In this document: in pieces, positions 20,757-30,729 of the stretch
Layout: each line of letters opens with the position of its first letter
Position numbering within the stretch: position 1 is the first letter of the stretch
Assembly: GCA_964416985.1 (NCBI GenBank)
Contig: CAYQFS010000001.1
Location: 19,413 to 83,412 of the forward strand
Length of the DNA: 64,000 bases
Source: an uncultured Candidatus Saccharibacteria bacterium
Lineage (GTDB): Bacteria; Patescibacteriota; Minisyncoccia; Phycocordibacterales; PALSA-1337
Direction: 5' to 3'
Program-made: the position numbers and the translations under genes
The notes under the pieces: model-generated
The model's input: the letters and a program-made list of their open reading frames with translations, nothing else
Database searches by the model: none
What the model was told of the DNA's origin: nothing

Positions 20757-22709
20757 TTAAAAATCAATAAAGATTGCCTTGACCCCTCTCGCTTCTTCGT
20801 CACCCTTTGATTCTATAAGATCATTGCCAATATCGGAAATGAATTCAGAAGGAAGATTTACTTTTTGTGCTCCATAAATTGTGCGAAGTTGAGCATAGCT
20901 TAAGAAAACTTTTTTCCGAGCACGTGTGAGTGCGACATAAAAAAGTCGTCTCTCTTCTTCTGCTTCCGATTGACTCATGTCACCTTCATTCAATTTTTGG
21001 TGAGGAAAAAGATCCTGTTCAAGGCCAGCAATAAAAACATAATCATACTCAAGTCCTTTTGATGCGTGGACCGTCATAAGCTTCACTGCATCATGATCTT
21101 TTTCAAGCTCATCCTGATCAGTTGCAAGTGCTGCATTTGAGAGAAGGGATTCGATCGCCTCCTCGCCCTGGAGATGATCATACTGAGCCGCAACCGTGGC
21201 CAATTCCCTCAGGTTTTCGAGCTTTTCTTGTTCCTCAGGTGAACCATTTTTATAGACAGATTCCATGCCTGTTTCTCTTAAAATATATTTAATGAGGTCG
21301 GAAGGTTTTTGGGTGAGAGCAACTTCTTTTATTCGATCGAGAAGAGACAAAAACTGATCAACTTTTCCACGTAGTCCTGGCCCGAGAATGTTCTGTTGCC
21401 CCGCGATAACTTTGAGCATAGTGGCCTTCCCAATTCCCCGTGGAGGAACATTTATAATTCGAATCATGTCAGATGAACTTTCACGATTGAGAGACGCTTT
21501 GATGAATGAAAGAGCGTCTTTAATTTCTTTTCTTTCAAAAAATCTTACACCAAGAACCTGGTACGGAATATTTTTCTTTATAAAAGCATCTTCAAGAACT
21601 CGTGATTGAAAGTTTGCTCGATACAGGACGCAGATTTCTCGCGGGTGTGTTCCCTCAGAGATGAGGTCCCGGGCTTTTTCTGAAATCATGCGCGCTTCTT
21701 CGTTTTCGGTGTACGAAATGATAAGTTCAATCTTCTCCCCTGCCCCATTTTGGGTAAAAAGATTTTTTTCTCGGCGCATGACATTCTTTTTGATAATGGT
21801 GTTTGCCGCCATAAGAATTGTCTGTGTCGAGCGATAATTTTCCTCAAGAGTAATTATTTTTGCTTCAGGATATTCCTTTTCAAAATTCAAAATGTTTTGA
21901 ATGTCCGCGCCTCTCCAGCTGTAAATGTTTTGGTCAATGTCTCCGACCACGCAAATGTTACGGTGTTCTTCTGAAAGCATGGTTGCAATTTCATACTGAA
22001 CCCGATTTGTATCTTGATACTCATCAATATGAATATATTTCCAGATCGAGTTGTATTTTTTTCTAATTTCCGGATATGTTCGCAAAAGTACTGCTGTTCG
22101 CAAGAGAAGATCATCAAAGTCGAGAGATTTTTCCTTTGCCAGAGCCTTCTCATATTTTTCCCAGACACTCAAAATTATTTTTTGATAGTATTCTTTCGCT
22201 TTCTCACGATATGCCGAAAGTGTGACTCCGTCCCCTTTTTCTCTTGAGATCGCATTCAAGAGAGCACCTGGTTCAAACTGCTTTGGATCGAGTCCAAGCT
22301 CCTCGAGAGCATCTTTGACGGCTCTTTTTGAATCGCCTCTGTCATAAATCGTAAAATGTCTTGGAAGCCCGACCAAAATGCTGTTTTCTTTGATGATATG
22401 AACTCCAAGAGCATGAAATGTGCTTACAAATGGCCGTTCTGCCCTCCCTTCGCCCAAAGAAACTGGAAAATTGAGACTTTTATCGCTTTCAATGAGATGA
22501 AAGACCCTCTCCCTCATTTCTTTGGCGGCTTTGTTGGTAAAGGTGATGGCGAGGATACTCGAAGGAGCTATCCCATTCTTTATGAGGTTCAATATGCGAT
22601 GGGTTAGGGTTTTTGTTTTTCCAGCTCCCGCTCCAGCGAGGATGAGAAGGGGTCCTTTGATGGTTTCCACTGCATCTTTTTGTCGCTGATTGAGTCCTTC
22701 GGTAGTCAT
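20757..22709 (-). CDS. pcrA: UvrD/PcrA superfamily 1 helicase
   Basis: AGAGAGKT, TFTNKAA, DEYQD, NYRS, TVHASKGLE and EERRLFYVALTRA. Confidence 0.95.
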   Translation of the reverse strand: MTTEGLNQRQKDAVETIKGPLLILAGAGAGKTKTLTHRILNLIKNGIAPSSILAITFTNKAAKEMRERVFHLIESDKSLNFPVSLGEGRAERPFVSTFHALGVHIIKENSILVGLPRHFTIYDRGDSKRAVKDALEELGLDPKQFEPGALLNAISREKGDGVTLSAYREKAKEYYQKIILSVWEKYEKALAKEKSLDFDDLLLRTAVLLRTYPEIRKKYNSIWKYIHIDEYQDTNRVQYEIATMLSEEHRNICVVGDIDQNIYSWRGADIQNILNFEKEYPEAKIITLEENYRSTQTILMAANTIIKKNVMRREKNLFTQNGAGEKIELIISYTENEEARMISEKARDLISEGTHPREICVLYRANFQSRVLEDAFIKKNIPYQVLGVRFFERKEIKDALSFIKASLNRESSSDMIRIINVPPRGIGKATMLKVIAGQQNILGPGLRGKVDQFLSLLDRIKEVALTQKPSDLIKYILRETGMESVYKNGSPEEQEKLENLRELATVAAQYDHLQGEEAIESLLSNAALATDQDELEKDHDAVKLMTVHASKGLEYDYVFIAGLEQDLFPHQKLNEGDMSQSEAEEERRLFYVALTRARKKVFLSYAQLRTIYGAQKVNLPSEFISDIGNDLIESKGDEEARGVKAIFIDF

Positions 22710-22985
22710 TGCATCACTATATCATAGGAAGCTACGCAAAAAGGATTTTCAGACTATTATTAAACAATAAATTCATGTTTATTCAAGTAGTTATTTGACA
22801 AAAAATAGTAAATGATGCTCTCCACAGGGGCTGTTGACTTTTAAACCTGGCTCAAGTACCTTAGATAAGTACTCTCAAAAATAGATGTATAAATATGGCT
22901 CTGTTGAGCCATCTACAGAAAATTTCTGGACTCAAAGAAGCGTCGTAAGACGTACGAAAGACCTTGCCGAACGACTATTTTCATT

Positions 22986-24077
22986 ATGAAATTTTCTTCA
23001 TACAAGTCTCCAAAAAATATATGGCTTATTAGAGCCATCTCACGAGGGATGGTTGTTTGCCTTATGCTTATTTTGGCACCCTTTTTCTTTCCCAAGACCG
23101 CAGAAGCTGGTCTTTTTTCGTTCTTTTCTGACAAAATAGGAGTCGAAGAGGTATCAGCAAAGTCCCCTGAGCCTATTGCCATGAATTCTCAGAACATGGC
23201 CCTTCTCAAGGCGGCAGTCAATTCAGATCCAAACCCGAACAAGAACACTGACGAAACTGTTCATGTATCCGGAAACGCTCTTGTGGCGGAAGTTGGCCCT
23301 TCAGGGATCGCTGCTGACATTGAAGATGAACCAAATACTGAGATTAGCATCTATGTTGTGCGCTCGGGTGACAGTCTTTCTACAATTGCAAAGATGTTTG
23401 ATGTCTCGGTCAACACCATTATTTGGGCAAACAACCTCGGAAGCAAACCAACCCTCAAGGAGGGACAAACTCTTGTTATCCTCCCTATCTCAGGAATTCG
23501 CTACACCGTAAGGCGTGGAGATACTATTAAGGGGATTGTTACAAAACACAAAGCCGATCTTGATGATGTATTGAAATATAACAATCTTTCTCTCGACACA
23601 GTCCTTCGTGAAGGAGATATCGTCATTATTCCTGATGCAGAGCCAGTCCAGCAGAATACTCTTGCAAAGAAAGTAAGCTCACGAACATCTACTCAGGATA
23701 ATCCGGTTCATGATGCAGATGGCCCAAGCTATCCAGGTTACTATATCCGACCTATCAAAGGAGGAGTTCGAACTCAGGGTCTTCATGGCTACAACGCCGT
23801 TGACCTTGCGACAGTCCAGGGTTCATCTATCTATGCAGCCGCAGAAGGAACTGTTATCGCAAGTATGACAGGAGGATGGAACGGAGGTTATGGAAATTAT
23901 GTCATTATCTCCCACCCAAATGGAACTCAGACACTCTATTCTCATAACTCAAAGAACCTCGTGGTCCAGGGTCAGCATGTTGAACAAGGAGATGTCATTG
24001 CAAAAGTTGGTGCAACTGGCCACGCTACAGGACCTCACGTCCACTTCGAAATCCGAGGAGCAAAGAATCCTTTCTAA
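22986..24077 (+). CDS. LysM-repeat M23 metallopeptidase
   Basis: Two LysM domains (YVVRSGDSLSTIA, YTVRRGDT); M23 motifs HGYNAVD, YSH and TGPHVHFE. Confidence 0.93.
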   Translation: MKFSSYKSPKNIWLIRAISRGMVVCLMLILAPFFFPKTAEAGLFSFFSDKIGVEEVSAKSPEPIAMNSQNMALLKAAVNSDPNPNKNTDETVHVSGNALVAEVGPSGIAADIEDEPNTEISIYVVRSGDSLSTIAKMFDVSVNTIIWANNLGSKPTLKEGQTLVILPISGIRYTVRRGDTIKGIVTKHKADLDDVLKYNNLSLDTVLREGDIVIIPDAEPVQQNTLAKKVSSRTSTQDNPVHDADGPSYPGYYIRPIKGGVRTQGLHGYNAVDLATVQGSSIYAAAEGTVIASMTGGWNGGYGNYVIISHPNGTQTLYSHNSKNLVVQGQHVEQGDVIAKVGATGHATGPHVHFEIRGAKNPF

Positions 24078-24091
24078 CCTACTTTTAACCC

Positions 24092-25621
24092 TCAAAAATT
24101 CCTCTGTCGGTACTGGAGCGCTTCGAGAACATGATTTTTTTGAACTTCACTTTTTCCTTCGAGGTCGGCAATTGTCCTCGCAAGTTTCATCGTCCTATGA
24201 AATGCCCTTCCCGAAAGACCAAGCCTTTTTGCAGAAGATGAAAGCAGTTCTTTTATATCTGCCTTGAGCTCAATACATTTTTCCATATCAGAGACGTTCA
24301 TTTCCCCATTTACTTTTTTGTGCCGTACTTTCTTTTCAATAAATCTTCGAAGCTGTCTCTTGCGTGCATTTTCCACTCTCCTTCTGATACTTGCTGAAGT
24401 TTCATTTATCCTTGATGAGCCGGCGAGTTTTTCATATTCGACCTTTGAAACCGAAACCCACAGATCAATGCGGTCAATGATAGGTCCTGAAATTCTTTTT
24501 TTGTAGAGGATAATGTCTCTCTCTGTACATGTACAACCTTTTTCTTTTCCATATCCACATGGGCAGGGATTCATTGAAGCAACGAGAATGCACTGCGCAG
24601 GAAATGTGAGAGAACCCCGAGCCCGTGAAATGGTTACGACCCCGTCTTCGAGAGGTTGTCTCAAAGCATCTATAACAGCCCTATCAAATTCTGCAAATTC
24701 ATCGAGAAAAAGTACTCCACGATGAGCCAGGGTAATCTCCCCTGGTCTTGGAAATGGTCCTCCACCAACAAGCGATGGATACGAAGATGTGTGATGAGGA
24801 GAGCGGAATGGAGGATGTGTAATGAAAGGCGCGTCGAGTGTCCGTGCCATAGAGTGTATCCCAGTCACCTCGAGAATTTCTTCATGATCCAGTGCGGGAA
24901 GTATCGTTCTAAAAGCTTTTGCGAGCATTGTCTTCCCTGTTCCTGGAGGTCCATAGAGGGCAATGTTGTGTCCTCCAGCAGCAGCGATCTCGAGACCTCT
25001 TTTTGCAGCCTCCTGACCCTGGATGAGAGAAAAATCAGTATCAAATGACTGTGGTTCATATATCACATTGGTTTGAGGTTGTGGCTTGATTATTCCACCA
25101 TGTCTTCCGATAAGGTGTCCAATTATTTCATCAAGATTTTTTATTCCAAAAACTTTTATTCCCTTCACAAGAGCGGCCTCTTCGGCATTTTCATGAGGAA
25201 CATAGACCTCCCCGAATCCATTTTTACGCGCACCTCTTACAAGAGGTAGGACACCACTCACTCTTCTTAAGTTTCCTTCAAGAGAGAGTTCTCCAAGAAA
25301 AAGCTTTTTCTCCGAATCAAAATCAATATCCCCACTCGCCAGAAGATATCCGAGGGCCATCCCAAGGTCGAATGAAGTCCCCTCTTTTCTTACATCGGCA
25401 GGTGCAAGTGATATTACGACTTTTTGATTCTTTTGCTTCGGCGAAGTATATCCGCTATTTTTTATTCCAGCAGAAATTCTGTCGCGAGCTTCATCGACAG
25501 CTTTGTCTCCTAAGCCGACAACGGAAAAATGATGAAGTCCGTTTGAAAGGTCTATTTCGATAGTAATAATGTGTGTTGTTAGTCCAGAAAGCTGGGCACT
25601 ATATAATTTTGCTACACTCAT
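24092..25621 (-). CDS. comM: ComM/YifB Mg-chelatase-like AAA+ helicase
   Basis: GQEAAKRGLEIAAAGGHN, GPPGTGKT, PFRSPHH, FLDEF and MNPCPCG. Confidence 0.95.
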   Translation of the reverse strand: MSVAKLYSAQLSGLTTHIITIEIDLSNGLHHFSVVGLGDKAVDEARDRISAGIKNSGYTSPKQKNQKVVISLAPADVRKEGTSFDLGMALGYLLASGDIDFDSEKKLFLGELSLEGNLRRVSGVLPLVRGARKNGFGEVYVPHENAEEAALVKGIKVFGIKNLDEIIGHLIGRHGGIIKPQPQTNVIYEPQSFDTDFSLIQGQEAAKRGLEIAAAGGHNIALYGPPGTGKTMLAKAFRTILPALDHEEILEVTGIHSMARTLDAPFITHPPFRSPHHTSSYPSLVGGGPFPRPGEITLAHRGVLFLDEFAEFDRAVIDALRQPLEDGVVTISRARGSLTFPAQCILVASMNPCPCGYGKEKGCTCTERDIILYKKRISGPIIDRIDLWVSVSKVEYEKLAGSSRINETSASIRRRVENARKRQLRRFIEKKVRHKKVNGEMNVSDMEKCIELKADIKELLSSSAKRLGLSGRAFHRTMKLARTIADLEGKSEVQKNHVLEALQYRQRNF

Positions 25622-25683
25622 CCCGAAACCATATCACATCGAGATAAAATCCTGATAAAAAATAAATAAAGTTTTGATAAAAT
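25622..25683 (-). promoter_or_regulatory. comM promoter: 46-bp element plus extended -10 (copy 1)
   Basis: 25638-25683 is the exact reverse complement of 61456-61501. It is followed by TG-a-TATGGT and ATG 6 nt later. Confidence 0.8.
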
Positions 25684-25730
25684 TGTGATCATGTCAAGTA
25701 AAAATCCTCTTTTATGAGGATTTTTAAGGG

Positions 25731-26096
25731 TTATTTCATATGCTTGATTGAGGTTCGAGCTGCCGGATTTGCATCGAGGCGCTCTTTTTCGATTGGTTCT
25801 CCTGAAATTTCACAGATTCCGTAGGTTCCCTTTTCAATTTTTGCCAGAGCATCGTTTACATCTTTGAGTTGTTTTTCGAGTTGTTGGAGTATTCCCTCGT
25901 TATCCTCCAATTGCTCCATCTTGTCGGCTAGCTCGTTTTCGTCAGCAGAATCAACCTCGACATCTTTTGAGCTCGCTTCCCAGCCCAAGGGATTCTTGGG
26001 ATTTGATGACTGTCCAACCGTTGTAAGTTCGTCTTCGAGTACCTTCTTTTCCTTCTCGAGCTTCTTCTTGAAATATTCGGTATCTTTTTTATTCAT
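25731..26096 (-). CDS. DksA/TraR family protein
   Basis: Coiled coil with DENELAD tip, then DALAKIEKGTYGICEISGEPIEKERLDANP. Confidence 0.9.
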   Translation of the reverse strand: MNKKDTEYFKKKLEKEKKVLEDELTTVGQSSNPKNPLGWEASSKDVEVDSADENELADKMEQLEDNEGILQQLEKQLKDVNDALAKIEKGTYGICEISGEPIEKERLDANPAARTSIKHMK

Positions 26097-26105
26097 GCCC
26101 CCATT

Positions 26106-27320
26106 TTACCTGACATATGTCTCTTTTTCAACCCTTCCCAAGAGTCCTTTGAGAGCACTTTCTGTGGTGGTGAATACAATGGTATCTTTGTCGATAAATG
26201 AGTAGAGGAAGAGGGTCTCATCTTGCCTACCGATGAATTCTCTTACATCCCTATTTTGTATTTGTTTGTCGATGAATTTTCCTCGAATGCTAAAATATGA
26301 TGCAATTGAACTTGAAGCCGTAGTCTCCCCTGCACGGGCCTTTTCTTTAAAATTGAGAATATCAGCAAGTTCATCAGGCATCGATGCTTCCCATGCAAGC
26401 ATTCCAGCAAAGGCGTTTTGGAAAAAGTCTGTCGTGAAAATGAGGAAAGGAGTTTTCACTCCGCTGTCCTCGTTGTATGTTCCGAGCATCCATTGATCGG
26501 TGAGGGATCGTGCTAGAGTACTCGGCATTTCGATTGCCGCTTTTTTAATGAATGAAGATCCTGTCACTCGCACTGAAGTCTCGCCACTTTTTTCTCCAAG
26601 CACAAGTTCGATGACCTGCGCAGATCCGCTCGTATTTTTATTGAGCTCAGCGGTAATTCGTGGAACAAATTGACCTTCAGCAATACCATCAACCATGAAA
26701 ACATTCTGTTTGTCATAAGGAATGATGCTCTGAATTGCTACTGGTTTTGTAGCCACTTGTTCGGGCAATGCAAAAGCGCTTTGCTTGTAGAGATAGTATC
26801 CTCCGTATGCTCCTCCAGCGATGAGAATAAGGCTTACAAGAGCTAGAATTATTTTTTTACCACCCCCCTTTGGTCGTGCCTCCTCTTCGTCAACAATGGT
26901 TTTGTCGGGAATTCCTGCGGCCTCAGCTTTTTGCATCTGCTCAACTTTTTTTGTCTCGGCAATGACCATGCTTGCTGTCGAAGTTTTGTGCTGCGACATG
27001 AGCTCGGCAATGTCCCCTTCATAGGTTCGAATTGGTTTTTGAAGATAATTTTTGAATGCACTCGAGTCATTGAGGGCTTCGGTTGGTGAAGGTGGAATGG
27101 GCGCTTGCGACGCAGGCATTCCTGGCTGATTTTTTGTTGGAGGAACTATTTTTCCAATCGTTGCTCCGAGAGCGTCCTGAAGAGCTGTCTGAGGTTTTGC
27201 GATTGGTGCTGGAGGTGGAGGCACAGGAACACCGCCCTGAGAAGAAGACTTTGTGGTCACCTCGATGTCTGGCTTATATTCCTGATCCGCGAGAATGTTC
27301 AGTGGTTTTTCACCATTCAT
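26106..27320 (-). CDS. Single-TM hypothetical protein with Pro-rich N-terminus
   Basis: 404-aa ORF with one TM at about residues 155-177. Confidence 0.75.
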   Translation of the reverse strand: MNGEKPLNILADQEYKPDIEVTTKSSSQGGVPVPPPPAPIAKPQTALQDALGATIGKIVPPTKNQPGMPASQAPIPPSPTEALNDSSAFKNYLQKPIRTYEGDIAELMSQHKTSTASMVIAETKKVEQMQKAEAAGIPDKTIVDEEEARPKGGGKKIILALVSLILIAGGAYGGYYLYKQSAFALPEQVATKPVAIQSIIPYDKQNVFMVDGIAEGQFVPRITAELNKNTSGSAQVIELVLGEKSGETSVRVTGSSFIKKAAIEMPSTLARSLTDQWMLGTYNEDSGVKTPFLIFTTDFFQNAFAGMLAWEASMPDELADILNFKEKARAGETTASSSIASYFSIRGKFIDKQIQNRDVREFIGRQDETLFLYSFIDKDTIVFTTTESALKGLLGRVEKETYVR

Positions 27321-27370
27321 ATATCTAGTATACCAAACTAATTCTTTTTCTGTTTAAATTTTATGTATAG

Positions 27371-28000
27371 TTATTCTTGCCCCGAAAGATCTGCTATCTC
27401 GTCCGCTACATTTCCGAGTGTTGCATCCTTTGGTCCTCTCTTTCTAAAATTTGGCTTGAGCATCGCCTTTCCTTTTGACATAAAGCGGTTTTGATTTCCG
27501 ATAAGATATTTTTGTGGACTCTGGTCGAGATCAAAAAAGTCATCAACTGCTTCACGAAGTTTTGTTGATGTTGATTTTCCAAATGAAACAACTTCCACCT
27601 GGCAGCCTTCATTGGTTTGCAAGTATTCAACGAGAGGTACAAAGTCCCCGTCCCCTGTTACGAGAATGACTGCATCGAGTTTTGGCGCGAGTTTTACTGC
27701 ATCGATTGCCATACCGACATCCCAGTCAGCTTTCTTTGCCCCGCTACCAAAGATCTGGAGATCTTTGGTTTTTGTTTCGATTCCCATTTTTGTGAGGGCC
27801 TCAAAAAATGCCTTCTCGTCCCCTGCCTCGGTTGTGATGACGTACGCAACAGCACGAATGAGAGACCTTCCCCCCACCGAGTCATTCACTATCTGCCCAA
27901 AATTTACTTTGGAGTGATAGAGATTTTTTGCACTGTGATAAATGTTTTGCGTATCTATGAAAACTCCTACGCGCTGTTCCTTGTGTTTGATTACTGACAT
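27371..28000 (-). CDS. NYN/LabA (DUF88) PIN-like domain protein
   Basis: FIDTQN, KADWDVGMAID and TGDGDF. Confidence 0.92.
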   Translation of the reverse strand: MSVIKHKEQRVGVFIDTQNIYHSAKNLYHSKVNFGQIVNDSVGGRSLIRAVAYVITTEAGDEKAFFEALTKMGIETKTKDLQIFGSGAKKADWDVGMAIDAVKLAPKLDAVILVTGDGDFVPLVEYLQTNEGCQVEVVSFGKSTSTKLREAVDDFFDLDQSPQKYLIGNQNRFMSKGKAMLKPNFRKRGPKDATLGNVADEIADLSGQE

Positions 28001-28099
28001 ATAAAATTAAAAAACTAAATGTATAAAAATACTAACTGCTAATTATGCTTATTAAAATAAGCTTCATGCTTACAAACCAATCATACCATTAAAACGAGA

Positions 28100-28369
28100 T
28101 TACTTAACCTTCAAATCAAGCTTCTTTGCTACAGATGAGTAGCGCTTTGGACTTTTCTTCTTGAGATAGTTCAGATGGCTCTGTCGATCAGCAACCATAG
28201 CGAGAAGTCCTCGTCGTGAGTGGTTGTCCTTCTTGTGCTTCTTCAAATGTCCTGCCAATTCCTCGATTCTCTTTGTCAAAATAGAAATCTGGACCTCTGG
28301 AGAACCAGTGTCCTTGTCGTGGATGGCTACAGTCTTGATGACTTTGGCTTTCTGCTTGGTTGTTAACAT
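28100..28369 (-). CDS. rpsO: 30S ribosomal protein S15
   Basis: DTGSPEVQI and HKKDNHSRRGL; start at MLTTKQ. Confidence 0.97.
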   Translation of the reverse strand: MLTTKQKAKVIKTVAIHDKDTGSPEVQISILTKRIEELAGHLKKHKKDNHSRRGLLAMVADRQSHLNYLKKKSPKRYSSVAKKLDLKVK

Positions 28370-28445
28370 GATTGAAGATAATAGCACGAATGGCTTTATA
28401 TTGCAAGGATTATTGAAAAAATGCCAGAAAAGGTATACTTAACTC

Positions 28446-29408
28446 ATGTCGTACAATCTCGCGGAGCTTAAAAATGAATTTCTCCAGTACGTTGAGATAG
28501 AAAAAGGCCGAAGTTTGAGTACCGTAAGGAATTATGACCATTACCTCACTCGTTTTCTTGATTATACAAAGGCAAAGAACCCAAAAGACATAAGTGACTC
28601 TGTTTTGCGTGACTATCGTCTCTGGCTCAACCGCCAGGAGGCCCGAAGGGAGAAAGGAGCATCTGCGACCACTATAAAGAAGCGTACACAGAACTATTAC
28701 CTCATTGCCTTACGGGCTTTTCTTAAATATCTGGCAAAAAGAGGTGTCGATTCCCTTCCTGGAGAAAGAATTGAGCTCGCAAAGGTACCTGAAAGATCCC
28801 TCGATCTCATTTCTATCGAGGAATTACATCGTTTTCTCGAAGCTCCGGATACCTCAACCCTTCGGGGTCTTCGAGATAGGGCAATGTTCGAGCTTCTTTT
28901 CTCTACCGGACTCCGCGTTTCTGAGCTTTGTTCCCTTCCTCGGGATTTGAACCTCAAGCTCGATGAATTCTCTATTCGAGGTAAGGGAGAGAAAGTTCGA
29001 GTTGTTTTCCTCTCTGATGATGCAAAGAAATGGGTAAAAACGTATCTCGATAAGAGAAAAGACATGGATGATGCCCTTTTTATCCAGATTTTGGGTTCAA
29101 AAAAGGACGGTGGAGCAAAAAATCCAAAGCTTGCCCAAGGAAAAAGAGATTCTATGAGGCTCACTCCCCGTTCTGTCGAGAGAATTGTTAAATTCTATGC
29201 TATCAAGGCGGGAATTTCAAAAAAAGTCACCCCTCACGTCATTCGACACAGTTTTGCAACTGATTTACTTAGGAACGGAGCTGATCTCCGCTCAGTGCAG
29301 ATGCTTTTGGGACATGCAAACATAGGAACAACTCAGATTTATACCCATGTGACGGATAGTGAACTAAGAAAGATACATAAGAAGTTTCATAGAAAATCAG
29401 GAGAGTAG
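28446..29408 (+). CDS. XerC/XerD-family tyrosine recombinase
   Basis: TGLRVSEL, GKGEK, TPHVIRHSFAT and LGH...TTQIY (R-K-H-R-H-Y catalytic set); N-terminal SAM-like domain. Confidence 0.93.
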   Translation: MSYNLAELKNEFLQYVEIEKGRSLSTVRNYDHYLTRFLDYTKAKNPKDISDSVLRDYRLWLNRQEARREKGASATTIKKRTQNYYLIALRAFLKYLAKRGVDSLPGERIELAKVPERSLDLISIEELHRFLEAPDTSTLRGLRDRAMFELLFSTGLRVSELCSLPRDLNLKLDEFSIRGKGEKVRVVFLSDDAKKWVKTYLDKRKDMDDALFIQILGSKKDGGAKNPKLAQGKRDSMRLTPRSVERIVKFYAIKAGISKKVTPHVIRHSFATDLLRNGADLRSVQMLLGHANIGTTQIYTHVTDSELRKIHKKFHRKSGE

Positions 29409-29423
29409 TGCTATACTTTCCTC

Positions 29424-30218
29424 ATGAACATCATCTCATGGAACGTAAATGGTATCCGAGCAGTCATCAAAAAAGGCAATTTTCTACCATTTATCGAAAA
29501 ATACAATCCAGACATCCTCTGTCTCCAGGAAACCAAAGCTGAAAGAGGTCAGGTAACCATCGATTTACCTCAGTATACGGAGTATTGGAACTCAGCGACA
29601 AAGAAAGGCTACTCAGGAACGGCTATTTTCTCAAAAGTTAAGCCAATTGAGGTAATAAATGGCTTACCAGAAGCAATTATAAAGAAATATGGCCTTGTTG
29701 CTGATGATTATGGAGATCCAAACACCGAAGGGCGCGTAATTGCAGCAGAATTCGAGGATTTCTATGTAGTAACTGTCTATACCCCTAACGCAAAGGATGA
29801 TTTAAGCAGAGTTCCTCTTCGTCACAAGCAGTGGGACCCAGCATTTCTCGCCTATTGTAAGCAGCTTGAAAAGAAAAAACCTGTTATTTTCTGCGGAGAT
29901 CTCAATGTTGCCCATACTCCAGATGATCTTGCTCGCCCAAAGGAAAATGAAGGACTCAAAGGATTTACTCTTGAAGAAAGAGAGGGATTTCAGAATTTTG
30001 TTGAAAAGGGATTTCTCGATAGCTTCCGTCTTTTTACACAAGGTAACGGACACTATACGTGGTGGTCTCACTTTGCAAACTCAAGAGATCGAAATATTGG
30101 CTGGAGAATCGACTACGTCCTTATCTCCCCTGCTCTCAAAGAAAAAGTTCAATTCGCTCATATTTTAAAGGACGTAATGGGATCTGATCATTGTCCCGTG
30201 CAGATTATTTTAAGGTAG
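29424..30218 (+). CDS. xth: Exodeoxyribonuclease III / AP endonuclease
   Basis: SWNVNG, LQETK, GDLNVAH, WRIDY and SDHCP. Confidence 0.96.
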   Translation: MNIISWNVNGIRAVIKKGNFLPFIEKYNPDILCLQETKAERGQVTIDLPQYTEYWNSATKKGYSGTAIFSKVKPIEVINGLPEAIIKKYGLVADDYGDPNTEGRVIAAEFEDFYVVTVYTPNAKDDLSRVPLRHKQWDPAFLAYCKQLEKKKPVIFCGDLNVAHTPDDLARPKENEGLKGFTLEEREGFQNFVEKGFLDSFRLFTQGNGHYTWWSHFANSRDRNIGWRIDYVLISPALKEKVQFAHILKDVMGSDHCPVQIILR

Positions 30219-30274
30219 TTTTCTATAAAAGACAAAATAAAATTAGTTATCCACAGTTTTATCCATAAATGTCC

Positions 30275-30665
30275 TTTACATCTTTTTTCTTGTTGATAGA
30301 ATAAAGGACAGATCAGCTTTGAGACATGCATTGAACCGAGGAAGGATGCAACGAGGCAAAGTTCTTTGAACAAGTAGTGGGCAAATGGGTAGTTAATCAG
30401 TCTCTTTTTGAAGATTCAAAAAAGATGGAACAACCCTCTGCTAGCTTTGGCTTATGATAAAGGAGTTTCACAATCACAATTCATCATGCGCTCTCTAGCG
30501 CGACAATTTTTTAGTAACTTCCCTCTTATCACATTCCCTTAGTTGGCTTTGCAGGTCAGTTTCAGTTGTATCCTGTGGGATACCTTTGAAATGAACTTCA
30601 CAAATCAAAACCGCATAAAAGCGAGTAACAAATCCTAACCTTGTAACCCGCGTCTATGCGGTTTA
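30275..30665 (+). ncRNA. Candidate structured non-coding RNA (~360 nt) with its own promoter
   Basis: Promoter TTTACA-16-TAGAAT (TG-extended) at 30275-30302. No ORF of 60 aa or more on the + strand. Several long inverted repeats and a terminal AAACCGCATA...TATGCGGTTT stem. Confidence 0.45.
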
Positions 30666-30729
30666 ATTGTACTCAAAATATAAAACCTATATTTTAAGCC
30701 ATATTTTAGCGTTTCACAAGAAACGTTTC

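Noticed and set aside
28446-29408. Tyrosine recombinase as a prophage or island integrase
   Set aside because: Xer-like length and motifs, housekeeping neighbours, and no att repeats or phage genes.
30300-30665. rRNA, tmRNA or RNase P RNA
   Set aside because: No 16S 5' end, no tRNA-like ends, and no GAGGAAAGTCC motif.
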